From a bacterium (GTDB lineage: Bacteria > Patescibacteriota > Minisyncoccia > JACQLN01): a DNA stretch of 64,000 nt. Positions 18,350-27,019 of this stretch are shown here, one piece after another; the first letter of the stretch is position 1, and each line of letters opens with the position of its first letter. Location of the stretch: assembly GCA_030697795.1 (NCBI GenBank), contig JAUYOV010000006.1:21722-85721 (forward strand), written 5' to 3'. Both the position numbers and the translations under genes were made by a program. A model generated the notes under the pieces. The model saw only the letters and a program-made list of their open reading frames with translations. It was not told where the DNA came from and did not search any database.

Positions 18350-18846
18350 ATAGTTCACTAAAATAACACAGGTAGAGGTAATGGCGGGTCGCTTCAAGCG
18401 AACCTCACTAAAGGCGGGGCAGGGAACTCCCCTCCAGAGTACCAAACCCCGCTTGTAAGCCAAACAGGATTCCATATCGGGCTATGTCCGGTTTGGAATG
18501 TCCTCCCTCCCCACGATTCTCGTGAGTTGGGCGTGGTCCGATACCTGTTTAGCTGAAAGGCTGGATGCGACCGCTAGGCATCCAGCCCGAAATTAAAACT
18601 CTGCAAGGGCAGAGGATGTAGTTCTTTATAATTTTGTTTGGCCAGAAAGGTCTCTTGAAAACGAGTAGAGCTTTGCCTCTCGACCTCGTATTCTTCCCGG
18701 ATCTTTCTGGCCTTGTATAGTCGAGGAACTTTTACGGTTCATCTTCTCCTGTTCGTCTTTCTTCCTTTCAACGGATTGGGGTTGATTGCCGTGCAGAGGG
18801 AAGTTCCTCGCACTCCCGCTCCGACCTTGCGTCGGAGCGGTTTTTT
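18350..18846 (+). ncRNA. candidate structured non-coding RNA (about 500 nt), class unknown
   Basis: GC-rich (about 52%) segment with no convincing ORF, between a consensus promoter and a terminator. Multiple long-range complementary segments, e.g. ggccagaaag...ctttctggcc and ggctggatgc...gcatccagcc. Confidence 0.35.
18817..18846 (+). terminator. rho-independent terminator (copy 2)
   Basis: ccgctccgac-cttgc-gtcggagcgg + tttttt. Confidence 0.7.
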
Positions 18847-18911
18847 AATTCCCTACAGGAATCCCGCACAAAGTGCGGAGAGGAGATCATTTAATCTAGA
18901 TAGTTCAAATT

Positions 18912-18949
18912 ACGTGTCCTGAGCATACGATCGTATGCTCAGGACACGT
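18912..18949. repeat. family A palindromic element, copy A2
   Basis: acgtgtcctGAGCATACGATCGTATGCTCaggacacgt, a perfect 38-bp palindrome. Same core as A1 with different compensated arms. Confidence 0.85.
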
Positions 18950-19143
18950 TTCAGAATTTATATACATATTAAAAAATCACTAGAAAAATTTAGAAAACCA
19001 AAAGAGCTTGACCCTAGTTCTAACATTTGCTACATTATCAATCGTAATAGAAGAGTGATAAAATCATTTAGATAATAGAGCATAGAAGGTGGAAAGTAGC
19101 TTTAAATCTATCTTCTAAAATCTACTTTCTAAATTTCAAACAT

Positions 19144-19434
19144 ATGATAAAAATCAAACCACTATCAGATCGGGTCTTAATTGAACCCATGACCAAAGAA
19201 GAAAAAACTAAATCGGGAATTTATTTGCCTGATACGGTAGATAAAGAACGTCCCGAACAAGGCCGGGTTTTGGCGGTGGGTCCGGGCAAGGTTGATGATG
19301 GCGAAATTATAAAAATGTCTGTAAAAAAAGGCGATGTGGTTTTGTTTACCAAATATGGCCCTAACGAAATAAAGGTTGCTGGCAAGACTTATTTAATCGC
19401 ACGCGAAGATGATATACTCGCAATTTTGGAATAA
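19144..19434 (+). CDS. groES: co-chaperonin GroES
   Basis: MIKIKPLSDRVLIEP...GIYLPDT...GRVLAVGPG is the classic Cpn10 sequence. Confidence 0.9.
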   Translation: MIKIKPLSDRVLIEPMTKEEKTKSGIYLPDTVDKERPEQGRVLAVGPGKVDDGEIIKMSVKKGDVVLFTKYGPNEIKVAGKTYLIAREDDILAILE

Positions 19435-19484
19435 GTTCCAAAATTGCGAAATTTCTAATATCTAATTACTAATTTCTAAAAAAT

Positions 19485-21137
19485 ATGGCAAAGCAAATAT
19501 TATTTAACGAAAATGCTAGAACCGCCATGAGGCGGGGCATAGACAAGCTGGCCGAAGCTGTAAAAATGACGCTGGGTCCGCGTGGCCGCGCGGTGGTTAT
19601 AGAAAAAAGTTACGGCGCGCCTCAAGTAACTTTTGATGGCGTTACGGTAGCTAAAGAAATTGAACTTGCCGATAAATACGAAAACTTGGGCGCGGAGTTT
19701 GTAAAACAAGCCGCCGACAAAACCAATACCAACGTGGGTGATGGCACCACTACGGCGGTGGTTTTGGCTCAAGCTATGATCAAAGCCGGCGAAGAATCTA
19801 TCAGCAAGGGCGGGTTTAATGTTATTCAATTGGCCAACGAACTTAAAGAAGTTTCTAACGCAGTTATAAAAACTTTAGAAAGTCAGCGCGAACTCATTAA
19901 CGATAACAAAAAAATCCAAGAAGTAGCCACGCTTTCGGCCAAAGACACCAACATTGGCAAACTTATCGCCGAAGTGGTAAAAGAAGTTGGTAAAGACGGT
20001 GTAATTTCGGTGGAAGATGCCAACACCGTGGGCAGTTCTTACGAAGTGGTGGAAGGCATGCAGTTTGACCGAGGTTACATTTCGCATTATATGGTAACCA
20101 ACGCCGAAAAAATGGAAGCAGTTTATGAAAACCCTTTAATACTTATTACCGACAAAAAAATATCTGCCTTAACCGATTTTTTGCCGTTTCTAGAAAAATT
20201 AGCCAAAGCCGGCAAAAAGAATTTAGTGATTATTGCGGAAGACGTAGAAGGCGAGTCTTTGGCTACGTTAATAGTCAACAAAATTCGGGGCACGTTTAAT
20301 GCTCTCGCCATTAAAGCTCCGGGTTTTGGCGACAGACGCAAAGATATGCTAGAGGATTTAGCTATTTTAACCGGGGGCGAAGTTGTGACCGAAGAAAAAG
20401 GTTTGCGCTTGGACGCCATAGAAATAGATGTTTTGGGACAAGCCAAAAAAGTTATTTGTGCTAAGGAAAACACAACCATTATTGGCGGCGCGGGTAAAAA
20501 AATAGAAATAGAAAAAAGAATTAAGCAAATAAAATCGCAAATAGAAAAAAGCACTTCCAATTTTGACAAAGAAAAACTAGAAGAAAGATTAGGCAAGCTT
20601 GCTGGCGGAGTGGCTATTATAAAAGTGGGCGCGCCCACCGAATCGGCTCAAAAAGAATTAAAACAGCGGGTGGAAGATGCGGTGGCGGCCACCAAAGCGG
20701 CTATGGAAGAAGGTATTGTGCCTGGGGGTGGTATGGCCTTCTTTAATATAGTTTTTAAAAAGGATGTCAAAAATAAAAGTGAATTACCCGTAGCTTTAGC
20801 TGCGGCCAAAATAATGTTTAAAGCTTTAAGATCGCCGGTGGAGGCTATTATAGAAAACAGCGGTGAATCTATAGATGAAGTTATAGCGGAATTAATGCAA
20901 GCTAAGAAAGCACCGAATTCCAGTTGGCTTGGTTTTAACGCTTTAACCAATAAAATTGAAAACCTAAAAGATTATGGCATTGCGGATCCCTTAAAAGTTA
21001 CTAAAACGGCTTTTATAAATGCCGTATCAGTCGCTAGCAACTATTTAACCGTGGGCGCGGCTATAACCGAAATTCCAGAAAAAAATCCGCCAGCAGGCGG
21101 AGCCTCTATGCCGCATGGGGGAATGGAAGACTATTAA
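19485..21137 (+). CDS. groEL: chaperonin GroEL
   Basis: [35 protein letters not shown]... . 550 aa with a Gly/Met C-terminus. Confidence 0.95.
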   Translation: MAKQILFNENARTAMRRGIDKLAEAVKMTLGPRGRAVVIEKSYGAPQVTFDGVTVAKEIELADKYENLGAEFVKQAADKTNTNVGDGTTTAVVLAQAMIKAGEESISKGGFNVIQLANELKEVSNAVIKTLESQRELINDNKKIQEVATLSAKDTNIGKLIAEVVKEVGKDGVISVEDANTVGSSYEVVEGMQFDRGYISHYMVTNAEKMEAVYENPLILITDKKISALTDFLPFLEKLAKAGKKNLVIIAEDVEGESLATLIVNKIRGTFNALAIKAPGFGDRRKDMLEDLAILTGGEVVTEEKGLRLDAIEIDVLGQAKKVICAKENTTIIGGAGKKIEIEKRIKQIKSQIEKSTSNFDKEKLEERLGKLAGGVAIIKVGAPTESAQKELKQRVEDAVAATKAAMEEGIVPGGGMAFFNIVFKKDVKNKSELPVALAAAKIMFKALRSPVEAIIENSGESIDEVIAELMQAKKAPNSSWLGFNALTNKIENLKDYGIADPLKVTKTAFINAVSVASNYLTVGAAITEIPEKNPPAGGASMPHGGMEDY

Positions 21138-21272
21138 ACAAACTCTAAGCACTAAATACTAAATTCTAAACAAATCTCAAATCTTAATTTTCCAAAAAGT
21201 TTAAAATTTGTGATTTAAATATTGTTTAGGATTTAGATATTAGAATTTAGAGTTTACTGATATAATAAACAC

Positions 21273-21842
21273 ATGACATTAACTACTTGGATTCTAATAG
21301 GTGTGGGCGGTGTAATAGTCCTTTGGATTATCTACGCCTTTAATCGTTTGGTTACTTTGCGTACGCGCATAGAGGAGGCTTTTTCCGATATTGAGGTTCA
21401 GTTAAAACGCAGGTATGATCTTATTCCTAATATAATAGAAGCTGTAAAAGGTTATATGGGGCATGAGCGTTCGGTATTTGAAAATGTAACGCAGGCTCGT
21501 TCGGCGGCTATGTCCGCGTCAAACGCGTCAGGGGCACATGAGAAAGCAGAGAAAGAGAACGCGCTGTCTAATACATTAAAAACTCTGTTTGCAGTTTCCG
21601 AAAACTATCCCGATCTTAAAGCCAATGCTAATTTTTTAGATTTACAACGCGAACTGGCCGACACCGAAAATAAAATCCAAGCCGCTCGCAGATTCTATAA
21701 TGGCAACGTACGCGATCTTAACATTAAAATTGATTCGTTTCCGTCCAATCTTATCGCCGGCTCGTTCGGTTTTAAAAAGAAAGAATTTTTTGACCTAGAC
21801 GATAATTCTCCTGCCCAAGAACCGGTAGCGGTGAAGTTTTAA
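21273..21842 (+). CDS. lemA: LemA family protein
   Basis: N-terminal TM plus RLVTLRTRIEEAFSDIEVQLKRRYDLIPN. Confidence 0.85.
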   Translation: MTLTTWILIGVGGVIVLWIIYAFNRLVTLRTRIEEAFSDIEVQLKRRYDLIPNIIEAVKGYMGHERSVFENVTQARSAAMSASNASGAHEKAEKENALSNTLKTLFAVSENYPDLKANANFLDLQRELADTENKIQAARRFYNGNVRDLNIKIDSFPSNLIAGSFGFKKKEFFDLDDNSPAQEPVAVKF

Positions 21843-21868
21843 GTTCTTGGTTTAAGTACTCTACGAAT

Positions 21869-21898
21869 TTGACAGAGCTTTATATAGTATGCTATCAT
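21869..21898 (+). promoter_or_regulatory. sigma70-like promoter for the diversified ORF (TTGACA-18nt-TATCAT)
   Basis: Seen directly. An AAGGAG SD lies 8 nt upstream of ATG 21982. Confidence 0.45.
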
Positions 21899-21981
21899 TA
21901 TAACAGCATAAATAATGCTGTTCTTTTCCATAAACCCGCGACAGGTCTTAGAGGACAAGTCGCAGAAAAGGAGAACAAGTC

Positions 21982-22575
21982 ATGGCTCATGACAGGTTCA
22001 CATTCAATAGCGCCGGCCAGACTCATGAACTGGAGATGGCGATGGATCGGGCTGGTGGGTACAATGCCGCGATAGTAAAGCGGATGTGCAAAGGTGATCG
22101 ACTCACGCACATTCGGGAATATCTTCTTGGCTTGGCCGAGATTACATATCCCGAGCACATCATCAACTGCAGTGCCGACCCGTTCGTGCCTGAAGGCTGG
22201 AGCGTGGAAGAGCATCAGAAGAGCGGTTCTTTCAAATGGAGTCCCGCCGAGGTGCAGTTCTACCTCTCCGAGCTTCAGAAGCAAGACAAGGTTATCAAGG
22301 GAGATGAGCTTCGCCATGAATTGGCAGGTAAGCCGGTTTACAACGCGAACGTTCTTGATTATCTGCTGGCTCACCCTCATTTGATTCCCGAAGCGTGGAA
22401 AAAAGATGAGCAGGGACGCACCCAATACATCTTTTTCTGGGGAACCATTTACCGCGGCCGGGGCGGCGGCCTCTATGTGCGTTGCCTTTGTTGGGGCGGC
22501 TGCGGGTGGGGCTGGGGCTGCGGCTGGCTGGGCGGCGGCTTCCGCGGCGGCGGCCCCGTGGCTCTGCGCGCATAG
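21982..22575 (+). CDS. putative DGR variable (target) protein; C-terminal Gly/Cys/Trp-rich variable region ending ...GFRGGGPVALRA
   Basis: GC about 58% ORF with own promoter and RBS. Its last about 40 codons equal the VR copy of a TR/VR repeat pair (see findings). Confidence 0.6.
   Translation: MAHDRFTFNSAGQTHELEMAMDRAGGYNAAIVKRMCKGDRLTHIREYLLGLAEITYPEHIINCSADPFVPEGWSVEEHQKSGSFKWSPAEVQFYLSELQKQDKVIKGDELRHELAGKPVYNANVLDYLLAHPHLIPEAWKKDEQGRTQYIFFWGTIYRGRGGGLYVRCLCWGGCGWGWGCGWLGGGFRGGGPVALRA
22451..22572 (+). repeat. variable repeat (VR), coding, 3' end of ORF 21982..22575
   Basis: 122 bp homologous to 22958..23079. Differs only where the other copy has A. GC-rich 3' end, then hairpin 22640-22672. 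Confidence 0.75.
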
Positions 22576-22957
22576 TACTTTGACCCTTGGAATCTTGGGC
22601 TTTTCTTTAGCCCTTGATCCCTTGGGTCTTTTTAATTTAACCCAGTCAGAAGTAAAACTTCTGACTGGGTTTTGTAAAAAATCTAAAATGAATTAAGATT
22701 AACTCGGATACTAGGCGAATCTGCCGGCGGTTACGGCTTCCGGCGGCCGAATTCCGAGGCAAGCTATGCCAGAGTGGGAACGGCCACGGCTTTTCCCAGC
22801 GTGCTAACTTGATCTCTAAAAAACAAAGATACTTGGTGTAGGGTGCTGGTGGATTAGTTTCGCTTTGGCGAACGAGATCCCAAATAAAATACAGCCTTGA
22901 GATCGGTTTGTTTTATAACCTTCTAGGGGCAGTGGTATGGATGGCATCCTATACGCA

Positions 22958-23079
22958 ACCGCGACCGGAACGGCAACCTCTATGTGCGTTACCTTTATTG
23001 GAACGACTACGAGTGGAACTGGAACTACAACTGGCTAGACAACGACTTCAACGACAACAACCCCGTGGCTCTGCGCGCA
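22958..23079 (+). repeat. template repeat (TR)-like copy, non-coding, AAC/GAC/TAC-rich
   Basis: The frame is closed by a stop at 22924 and has no start. Adenines here correspond to G (once C) in the VR. Followed by hairpin ctccccaa...ttaggggag plus a T-run. Confidence 0.75.
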
Positions 23080-23273
23080 ACTATTTTTATTTCTCCCCAA
23101 TTATTTAGGGGAGTTTTATTTTTTTAAATATGATTGTTCAAGATGGTAAAGAACAGTCACTAATTTATGCTATAGCATTTTTTGATGACTATCATAGAGA
23201 TAGAAACAGCGTGACATCCGATGTCATTCAGCGGTGTTTATTATTTTACCCTTTATGTATATACTTTCTTTGT

Positions 23274-24200
23274 ATGAATATATATAACCAAAAGGATGCA
23301 AATGTACGTAAAACGTGGCTTTTGATGGCCGTGTTTTTTGGTGTGGTAATTGGTATCGGCTGGGTGGTTAGTCAATATTACCAAGATCCAAGTATTCTCT
23401 ATATCGCAGTTATTTTTAGCATAGGTATGAATTTTATAAGCTACTGGTTTTCCGACAAAATTGTTTTGGCTTTACATAAAGCCAAAGCAGTGGAATTAAA
23501 ATCAAACCCAGAACTTTTTAGAATTTTAGAAAATTTAACTATTACAGCTGGTTTACCCCTACCCAGATTTTTTGTAATTAACGATCCCGCTCCCAACGCT
23601 TTTGCTACCGGTAGAAATGCCAAACACGCGGTGGTGGCGGTTACATCGGGTCTGTTAGAAAAATTAGACAGGTCCGAAATCGAAGGCGTGTTAGCGCACG
23701 AGCTTTCACATATCGGAAACAGAGATATGTTGGTCTCAACTGTAGCTGTTGTTTTGGTTGGTTTTGTTTCTATTATTTCTGATATGTTTATGAGATCCTT
23801 ATGGTTTAGAGGTGGCGATAATGATAATAGGGGAAGCAATGGAATAATTATTATTGTTGGAATTTTACTTTCTATATTAGCGCCAATTTTTGCTACGCTG
23901 ATTCATTTAGCAATTTCTCGTAAGCGCGAATTTTTAGCTGATGCTTCGGCTGTTTTGTTAACGCGCTATCCTGAAGGCTTGGTTTCGGCTTTAAAGAAAA
24001 TTTCTCAATACGATCATCAACCAATTCGTACAGCAACTAATGCCACCGCTCATTTGTTTTTTGAAAATCCATTTGGAGCCGACGCAGATGGCGATGGCAT
24101 TCCCGATCACAAACAAAAAGTGCCTTGGCTGGCTAAATTATTTTCTACTCACCCCCCAATAGAAGAGCGTATAAAAGCTTTGCAGGGGTTGACCCCGTAG
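23274..24200 (+). CDS. htpX: zinc metalloprotease HtpX (M48)
   Basis: HELSHIGNRD (HEXXH), N-terminal TMs, usual partner of lemA. The ORF's upstream extension (23130..) is likely not translated. Confidence 0.85.
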   Translation: MNIYNQKDANVRKTWLLMAVFFGVVIGIGWVVSQYYQDPSILYIAVIFSIGMNFISYWFSDKIVLALHKAKAVELKSNPELFRILENLTITAGLPLPRFFVINDPAPNAFATGRNAKHAVVAVTSGLLEKLDRSEIEGVLAHELSHIGNRDMLVSTVAVVLVGFVSIISDMFMRSLWFRGGDNDNRGSNGIIIIVGILLSILAPIFATLIHLAISRKREFLADASAVLLTRYPEGLVSALKKISQYDHQPIRTATNATAHLFFENPFGADADGDGIPDHKQKVPWLAKLFSTHPPIEERIKALQGLTP

Positions 24201-24372
24201 TAACTTGAGCTGAAGGTTTTTAATATCAAACCAAATTTGGTAGTGGATTACTTAATCAATGGTTTAGTGAGTATCTTTGTGTAAAGAGAATCTAAATTTA
24301 AAAACCTTGGTTTGATTACAGCTCAACTACTACGGGGTTGAAAGTTTAGAAATTTAGAGTTATATTTTTAAT

Positions 24373-24630
24373 ATGAAAAAACAAGCTATTGTTAAAACTA
24401 AGTATGGCGATCACCTGATTGTTTTGGAGCGAGATGGCAAAAATTATATGGTAACTGTGCCTGGTTTGCGGGAAATAATAACCCAAGGAGAAAATATTGC
24501 TCATGCTAAAGATATGGCCAAAGAGGCTATCGAATTAACGATAGAATGTTTGGTTGAAGAAAATATAAAGAATAATAAAAAAATTTCTTTTAAGAAACTG
24601 GCTAAGCAATTTGCAACGATTAATGCATGA
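24373..24630 (+). CDS. hicB: HicB-family antitoxin
   Basis: 85 aa with an ...VPGL..I.TQGENIAHAKDMAKEAIELTIE pattern. Overlaps hicA by 4 nt. Confidence 0.7.
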   Translation: MKKQAIVKTKYGDHLIVLERDGKNYMVTVPGLREIITQGENIAHAKDMAKEAIELTIECLVEENIKNNKKISFKKLAKQFATINA

Positions 24631-24857
24631 GTATAATCCCGATTCTTAGCTCGCGTCAGCTACTTTCCGTCCTGCTTAGAGCAGGGCTCAAAATTATTAG
24701 GCAAAATGGAAGCCATATTCGGCTTTATAATCCTGTAACAAAAAGAAGTACAACTTTGTCGATGCACGCAAGAGATTTATCCCGCAAGATAATTACTGGA
24801 ATAATAAAACAGACTGGTTTGTCTGTTAAAGAGTTTCTTGATATTTTGGGCAAGTAA
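24627..24857 (+). CDS. hicA: HicA-family mRNA interferase toxin
   Basis: 76 aa with the RQNGSHIRLYNP...T.L..H...L...I..GIIKQTGLS (YcfA-like) pattern. Confidence 0.7.
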   Translation: MSIIPILSSRQLLSVLLRAGLKIIRQNGSHIRLYNPVTKRSTTLSMHARDLSRKIITGIIKQTGLSVKEFLDILGK

Positions 24858-24932
24858 TAAAGGAGGAGTCGCATGTGGGTTTGGAATAAAAGTTTTTATT
24901 CCAAACGGGTTTCATCAAGTTGTTAATACGGC

Positions 24933-25017
24933 GGAGAGGTCGCATAGTGGTCTAGTGCGCTCGCTTGGAAAGCGAGTGTGGGGAAACCCACCGCGAGTTC
25001 GAATCTCGCCCTCTCCG
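24933..25017 (+). tRNA. tRNA-Ser (anticodon GGA), class II
   Basis: Acceptor ggagagg/cctctcc, anticodon stem ctcgc / loop uuGGAaa, long variable arm, T-arm gcgag-ttcgaat-ctcgc, discriminator g. Confidence 0.8.
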
Positions 25018-25057
25018 CCGTGTTTATAATTAAAAGAAACCCCGGAACTAGTGCACC

Positions 25058-25108
25058 GCCTTGGAAAGGCGGCATACCTTTACCGGTATCGTGGGTTCAA
25101 ATCCCACC
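25058..25108 (+). other. tRNA 3' fragment (anticodon arm with GGA, variable arm, T-arm, acceptor 3' strand, encoded CCA) lacking a 5' acceptor/D-arm
   Basis: ccgcc-ttGGAaa-ggcgg ... gtggg-ttcaaat-cccac-ctcctcc-g-cca. No complementary ggaggag upstream. Confidence 0.45.
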
Positions 25109-25149
25109 TCCTCCGCCAGTTAGGAAGTCCGGTGTTAAACATACCACTC

Positions 25150-25247
25150 TTACAAAAATTGAGAGTAATGTGGTTATAAAGCCAAGCGTGCAAACGGTCG
25201 CCAAGATTGCCAAAGCGTTAGATGTTCTAATGGAAGATTTGCTATAA
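25150..25247 (+). pseudogene. C-terminal fragment of an Xre-family HTH gene (..LTKIESNVVIKPSVQTVAKIAKALDVLMEDLL*)
   Basis: Recognition-helix and C-terminal HTH_3 pattern without helices 1-2 or a start codon. Abuts the tRNA fragment. Confidence 0.4.
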
Positions 25248-25292
25248 TAAAAAGGTCAATTATAAAAATTAAACTGAAAGGATGTAAAAAAT

Positions 25293-25478
25293 ATGAAAAC
25301 TCTAAAATGCGACCTATGCGAAGCAACAGCAGAAGGCGAAACATTTGAAGCGTGGATGAAGGCTCTCATGCCTCACTACATGAAAGCTCACGCTGACGTG
25401 ATGAATGACCCTAAAAAGACTAAGGAAGACCAGCAGAAGTGGATGGTTGAAAATAAAGCAAGGTTTGAAGCTACTTAG
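25293..25478 (+). CDS. DUF1059-family small metal-binding protein
   Basis: MKTLKCDLCEATAEGETFEAWMKALMPHYMKAH. Confidence 0.6.
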   Translation: MKTLKCDLCEATAEGETFEAWMKALMPHYMKAHADVMNDPKKTKEDQQKWMVENKARFEAT

Positions 25479-25517
25479 AATAAGGTCGAACAAATTAACA
25501 AACTAACTTAAAAAACT

Positions 25518-25739
25518 ATGAAAAAATTTACTTGTAGAGAAATGGGCGGTCCGTGCGATACAGAGTTTGCAGGAGAAACCATGCACGATGTCGGCGGAAT
25601 GGGCGGCAAGCATATTATGAGCACGACTGACGAAGCTCATAAACCGCTACGCGAGCAAATGGCTAAATCCACAAAAGAAGAACAAGATAAGTGGTTTGTG
25701 TGGTTCAAGGGTTTGTGGGACAAGAAAGCCGAGGTCTAG
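25518..25739 (+). CDS. DUF1059-family small protein (tandem paralog)
   Basis: MKKFTCREMGGPCDTEFAGETMHDV... . Same architecture as the preceding gene. Confidence 0.55.
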   Translation: MKKFTCREMGGPCDTEFAGETMHDVGGMGGKHIMSTTDEAHKPLREQMAKSTKEEQDKWFVWFKGLWDKKAEV

Positions 25740-25769
25740 TTTTTAGAATGTAATCAAAAATAAAAACTT

Positions 25770-26213
25770 ATGATAGAAATAAATACGTTACAGATCAATG
25801 TTATTGCTGTACTGGTGGCAACAGTTGTGACTTTCATTCTCGGATTTTTTTGGTACGCTAAACTTTTTGCGAAACCGTGGATGAGAGAAATGGGCTATGA
25901 CCCCAACATGAGACCTGATGGAAAAACAATGGTAAAAGGCATGGCACTCATGGTTATTGGAAATTTCCTTTTCGCGTGGGTTCTTGCGTTCTACTTTGCA
26001 GGCTGGCGGCTTCTTCCGGGTGGGCCTGCCGAATTTGGGACACTAGCCTTTGCACTTAATTCTGGCCTCTCTGTGTGGATTGGGTTTTTTCTCTCCGTTC
26101 ATTTGAGTAAAGTTGCTTGGGAAAAACATTCATGGAAGTTATTCTTCATTAACAGTGGATATCATTTGGTTGCGACAGGAGTTGTTGCCCTTATTCTTGC
26201 GTATTGGATATAA
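25770..26213 (+). CDS. hypothetical membrane protein (4 TM)
   Basis: Hydrophobic segments. Hairpin downstream. Confidence 0.45.
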   Translation: MIEINTLQINVIAVLVATVVTFILGFFWYAKLFAKPWMREMGYDPNMRPDGKTMVKGMALMVIGNFLFAWVLAFYFAGWRLLPGGPAEFGTLAFALNSGLSVWIGFFLSVHLSKVAWEKHSWKLFFINSGYHLVATGVVALILAYWI

Positions 26214-26309
26214 AAGTAATGTCACTCCGAAGGTTGAACCTTCACTAGTTTGAGTTAAGGCTTAACGGGCGTGGTTGGTATGATTTTTAATCAGTGATAA
26301 AATAGTGGT

Positions 26310-26693
26310 ATGGAAAATTCTAAAAAAATTAAATGGGTTTTGCGTATTGCCGCCGCCGGAGAATTTGCTGGTCATGGCGTTTTTGCTTTGCAAGGCAAAA
26401 AAGCGTGGGTAGAATGGTTTTCTATTTTTGGAGTTTCTGATACAAGCCTCGCAACTCAACTTTTGTTTTTTATTGGTTTATTAGATATTACACTCGCCAT
26501 CCTTATTTTAATAAAGCCTATTCCCATCGCGCTTTTATGGATGACATTCTGGGGATTTTGGACGGCGTTGATGCGCCCAATAGCTGGCGAGCCAATTTGG
26601 GATTTTGTGGAGCGTTGGGCCAATTGGGGCGTGCCATTGGCTTTGCTTCTTTTAATTGGCTGGCCCAAAAAATTTCGGGAATGGTTTAGGTAG
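26310..26693 (+). CDS. hypothetical membrane protein
   Basis: Hydrophobic, Trp-rich. Confidence 0.4.
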   Translation: MENSKKIKWVLRIAAAGEFAGHGVFALQGKKAWVEWFSIFGVSDTSLATQLLFFIGLLDITLAILILIKPIPIALLWMTFWGFWTALMRPIAGEPIWDFVERWANWGVPLALLLLIGWPKKFREWFR

Positions 26694-26770
26694 CTTTATG
26701 TTAAGCTACTTGCATTTTTTAGGGATTCAGGTACTATTGGTAAAAGCTTAATCAATAAAAATAAAAATAT

Positions 26771-27019
26771 ATGGCAAACAGTGCATTTATGAAACCAATG
26801 AATATCAGTTCCGAGTTAGCTGAAGTCGTTGGTAAGGGGCCTATGCCTCGTTCGGAAGTTGTTAAAAAACTCTGGGTCTATATTAAAAAGAACGGTCTTC
26901 AAGATACTGTTAACAAGCGCAATATAAACGCCGATGCCAACCTTAAGAAAGTTTTCGGCGGTAAGGGTACGGTTAGTATGTTTGAAATGACCAAGCTTGT
27001 TTCCAAACATCTTTCCTAA
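26771..27019 (+). CDS. SWIB/MDM2 domain protein
   Basis: ELAEVVGKGPMPRSEVVKKLWVYIKKNGLQD...KRNINADANLKKVFGGK...SMFEMTKLVSKHL is the SWIB-domain pattern. Confidence 0.7.
   Translation: MANSAFMKPMNISSELAEVVGKGPMPRSEVVKKLWVYIKKNGLQDTVNKRNINADANLKKVFGGKGTVSMFEMTKLVSKHLS

Noticed and set aside
18350-18846. Identification of the GC-rich untranslated segment as RNase P RNA, tmRNA, SRP RNA or a riboswitch
   Set aside because: I could not find the P4/CR-I motifs (GGAAAGTCCGG..), a tRNA-like GGTTCGANTCC T-arm with CCA, the SRP domain IV motif, or B12/TPP cores. Left as unclassified candidate ncRNA.
19000-19143. CIRCE (TTAGCACTC-N9-GAGTGCTAA) HrcA operator upstream of groES
   Set aside because: Not present. 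Only a weak sigma70-like promoter (cttgac-N18-tacatt) was seen.
128-22573. Numerous ORFs antisense to or nested in confident genes (e.g. 128..328, 1645..1866, 2008..2415, 4750..5115, 5657..6082, 19500..20950 series inside groEL, 22295..22573, 22406..22696)
   Set aside because: They overlap well-supported conserved genes on the opposite strand or in another frame and have no RBS or motif support. Most likely spurious.
22908-23108. ORF 22908..23108 (66 aa) as a gene
   Set aside because: It is the template-repeat region read in a different frame. No RBS. Explained by the DGR-like repeat.
25058-25108. Second tRNA-Ser(GGA) as a complete gene
   Set aside because: No sequence complementary to the 3' acceptor strand (ctcctcc) and no D-stem partner upstream. 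Only a 3' fragment.
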